Shown in pieces: positions 62,826-64,000 of a DNA stretch of 64,000 nucleotides. Source of the stretch: an uncultured Acidobacteriota bacterium (GTDB taxonomy: Bacteria; Acidobacteriota; Thermoanaerobaculia; Multivoradales; UBA5704). Both the position numbers and the translations under genes were made by a program. The stretch spans positions 2,560,001 through 2,624,000 of the forward strand of contig CAVYRF010000002.1 of the NCBI GenBank assembly GCA_963770895.1. Direction: 5' to 3'. A model generated the notes under the pieces. The model was not told the DNA's origin, ran no database searches, and saw only the letters and a list, made by a program, of their open reading frames with translations. Numbering within the stretch: position 1 is the stretch's first letter; every line of letters starts with the position of its first letter.

Positions 62826-63728
62826 ATGAATCCTGGCGACCTGCAACGTCTGTTGGAGGCTGTCGCGGCGGGTTCCGTGGCGCCGGCGGCGGCCGTCGAG
62901 CAGCTGGCGGAGCTCCCCTACGCCGACCTGGGCTTTGCCAAGCTGGATCTTCACCGCGAGCTGCGCGTCGGTCTGGCGGAAGCCGTCTACGCCGAGGGCA
63001 AGCAGAGCCTGGACCTGTTGCGCATCGTGCAAAGGCTGATCGCCGCCCACGGCCGCGCCCTGGTCACCCGCCTGGCGCCCGCCGCCGCCGCCCAGCTGAT
63101 GGCGGCGCTCGGCCCCGCGGCTTCCTTCCCCGCAGCCACTGACCTGGCGGCGCCAACGCAGTCGGACACGCCGCGGCCGGCGCTGTCGCCGCAGCTGGAG
63201 TCGTCATCGCGGCAGCCGGAGCCAGCGGAGCTATCGCAGCCAGAGCAACCGCCGCCGGCGGCCGGCGGCGCGGTCTACCACGAGCGGGCGCGGGTGTTCA
63301 CCTGGGGAGCGCCGACACCGCCGACCGGGCCGCCGATTGCGGTCCTTGCCGCCGGCACCTCGGATCTGCCGGTGGCGGAAGAGGCCGCGGTCTGCGCCGA
63401 ATGGTTCGGCCACCCGGTGGAAAGGGCCTACGACGTCGGCGTCGCCGGCCTGCACCGCCTGCTGGGGAGCCTCCCTGAGATCCGCCGCGCCGGCGTCGTC
63501 ATCGCCGTCGCCGGCATGGACGGCGCCCTGCCCACCGTGGTCGCCAGCCTGGTGCGCGCCCCCGTCGTCGCCGTCCCCACCAGCGTCGGCTACGGCACCA
63601 GCTTCGGCGGCCTGGCCCCCCTGCTCACCATGCTCAACGGCTGCGCCCCCGGCGTCGGCGTCGTCAACATCGACAACGGCTACGGCGCCGCCGTCCTGGC
63701 CAGCCGCATCGCCCGCCACCAACCCTAG
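62826..63728 (+). CDS. larB: LarB (nickel-pincer cofactor biosynthesis, PurE-like)
   Basis: AKLDLHR..R.G.AEAVYAEGK, AGTSDLPVAEEA, DVGVAGLHRL, AGMDGAL, PTSVGYG, NIDNGYGA. Confidence 0.92.
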   Translation: MNPGDLQRLLEAVAAGSVAPAAAVEQLAELPYADLGFAKLDLHRELRVGLAEAVYAEGKQSLDLLRIVQRLIAAHGRALVTRLAPAAAAQLMAALGPAASFPAATDLAAPTQSDTPRPALSPQLESSSRQPEPAELSQPEQPPPAAGGAVYHERARVFTWGAPTPPTGPPIAVLAAGTSDLPVAEEAAVCAEWFGHPVERAYDVGVAGLHRLLGSLPEIRRAGVVIAVAGMDGALPTVVASLVRAPVVAVPTSVGYGTSFGGLAPLLTMLNGCAPGVGVVNIDNGYGAAVLASRIARHQP

Positions 63729-63737
63729 CCGAAGCGC

Positions 63738-64000
63738 TCAGCCCCTGGGCCAGCGTCGCGGGCTGCGCGAAGTGTGTACGACCGCCAGGATTGCGAGGAT
63801 GTCGCCGCGTATCGCATAGAAGACGCCATACGGAAAGCGCGCCAGGAGCGCGCGGCGAATATTCGGCAGGATCTCGGCGTAGCGGAAAGGACCTGCCTCG
63901 ATCGACGCGAGGACGTCATCAAGAGCAGCCATGAAATCGAGGCCAAGACCGGCTAACTGCTCTTCGTACCAATCGTAGGCCTCGCCGATCTGGCGTTCCG
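63738..64000 (-). CDS. RelE/ParE-family toxin, 5' end beyond the window
   Basis: Frame open to the edge: ERQIGEAYDWYEEQLAGLGLDF...IRRALLARFPYGVFY...ILAVVHTSRSP..W. GC is lower than in the flanks. Confidence 0.85.
   Translation of the reverse strand, partial: ERQIGEAYDWYEEQLAGLGLDFMAALDDVLASIEAGPFRYAEILPNIRRALLARFPYGVFYAIRGDILAILAVVHTSRSPRRWPRG

Overview
A very GC-rich bacterial chromosomal segment. The lineage is probably Acidobacteriota, inferred from the VWFA-type, DUF4388, TPR/carboxypeptidase-regulatory and sigma54/ABC/adaptor gene types. Most of it is housekeeping or metabolic: two APC permeases, methylmalonyl-CoA mutase large subunit, class II ribonucleotide reductase, M1 and M24 peptidases, polA, gcvT-H-P, larE-larB, and a sigma54 two-component system with an ABC/adaptor pair. 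The main accessory locus (about 3.9-12.9 kb, minus strand) is an RHS/YD polymorphic-toxin system split into two overlapping genes, each with its own signal peptide. Gene A carries a C39 peptidase, a double-glycine-like motif and the YD shell. Gene B carries six Ig-like domains, the end of the shell interrupted by three beta-rich repeats, the RHS core and a C-terminal toxin. A putative immunity gene and a decayed HEXXH gene follow. Features the ORF track missed or mis-started include a CxxU Rdx/SelW selenoprotein with a SECIS-like hairpin (36101-36361), an orphan Cys/Ser/Thr-rich RiPP-like precursor (21315-21482), an NrdR box, a complete sigma54 promoter, several probable leaderless promoters and a candidate structured RNA upstream of gcvT. 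Two genes carry single-base lesions (an in-frame TAG in nrdJ and a +1 frameshift in a GGDEF-EAL gene), which may be real or consensus errors. I saw no tRNA, rRNA, CRISPR array or IS element. All family assignments come from motif recognition by eye; no database searches were run.
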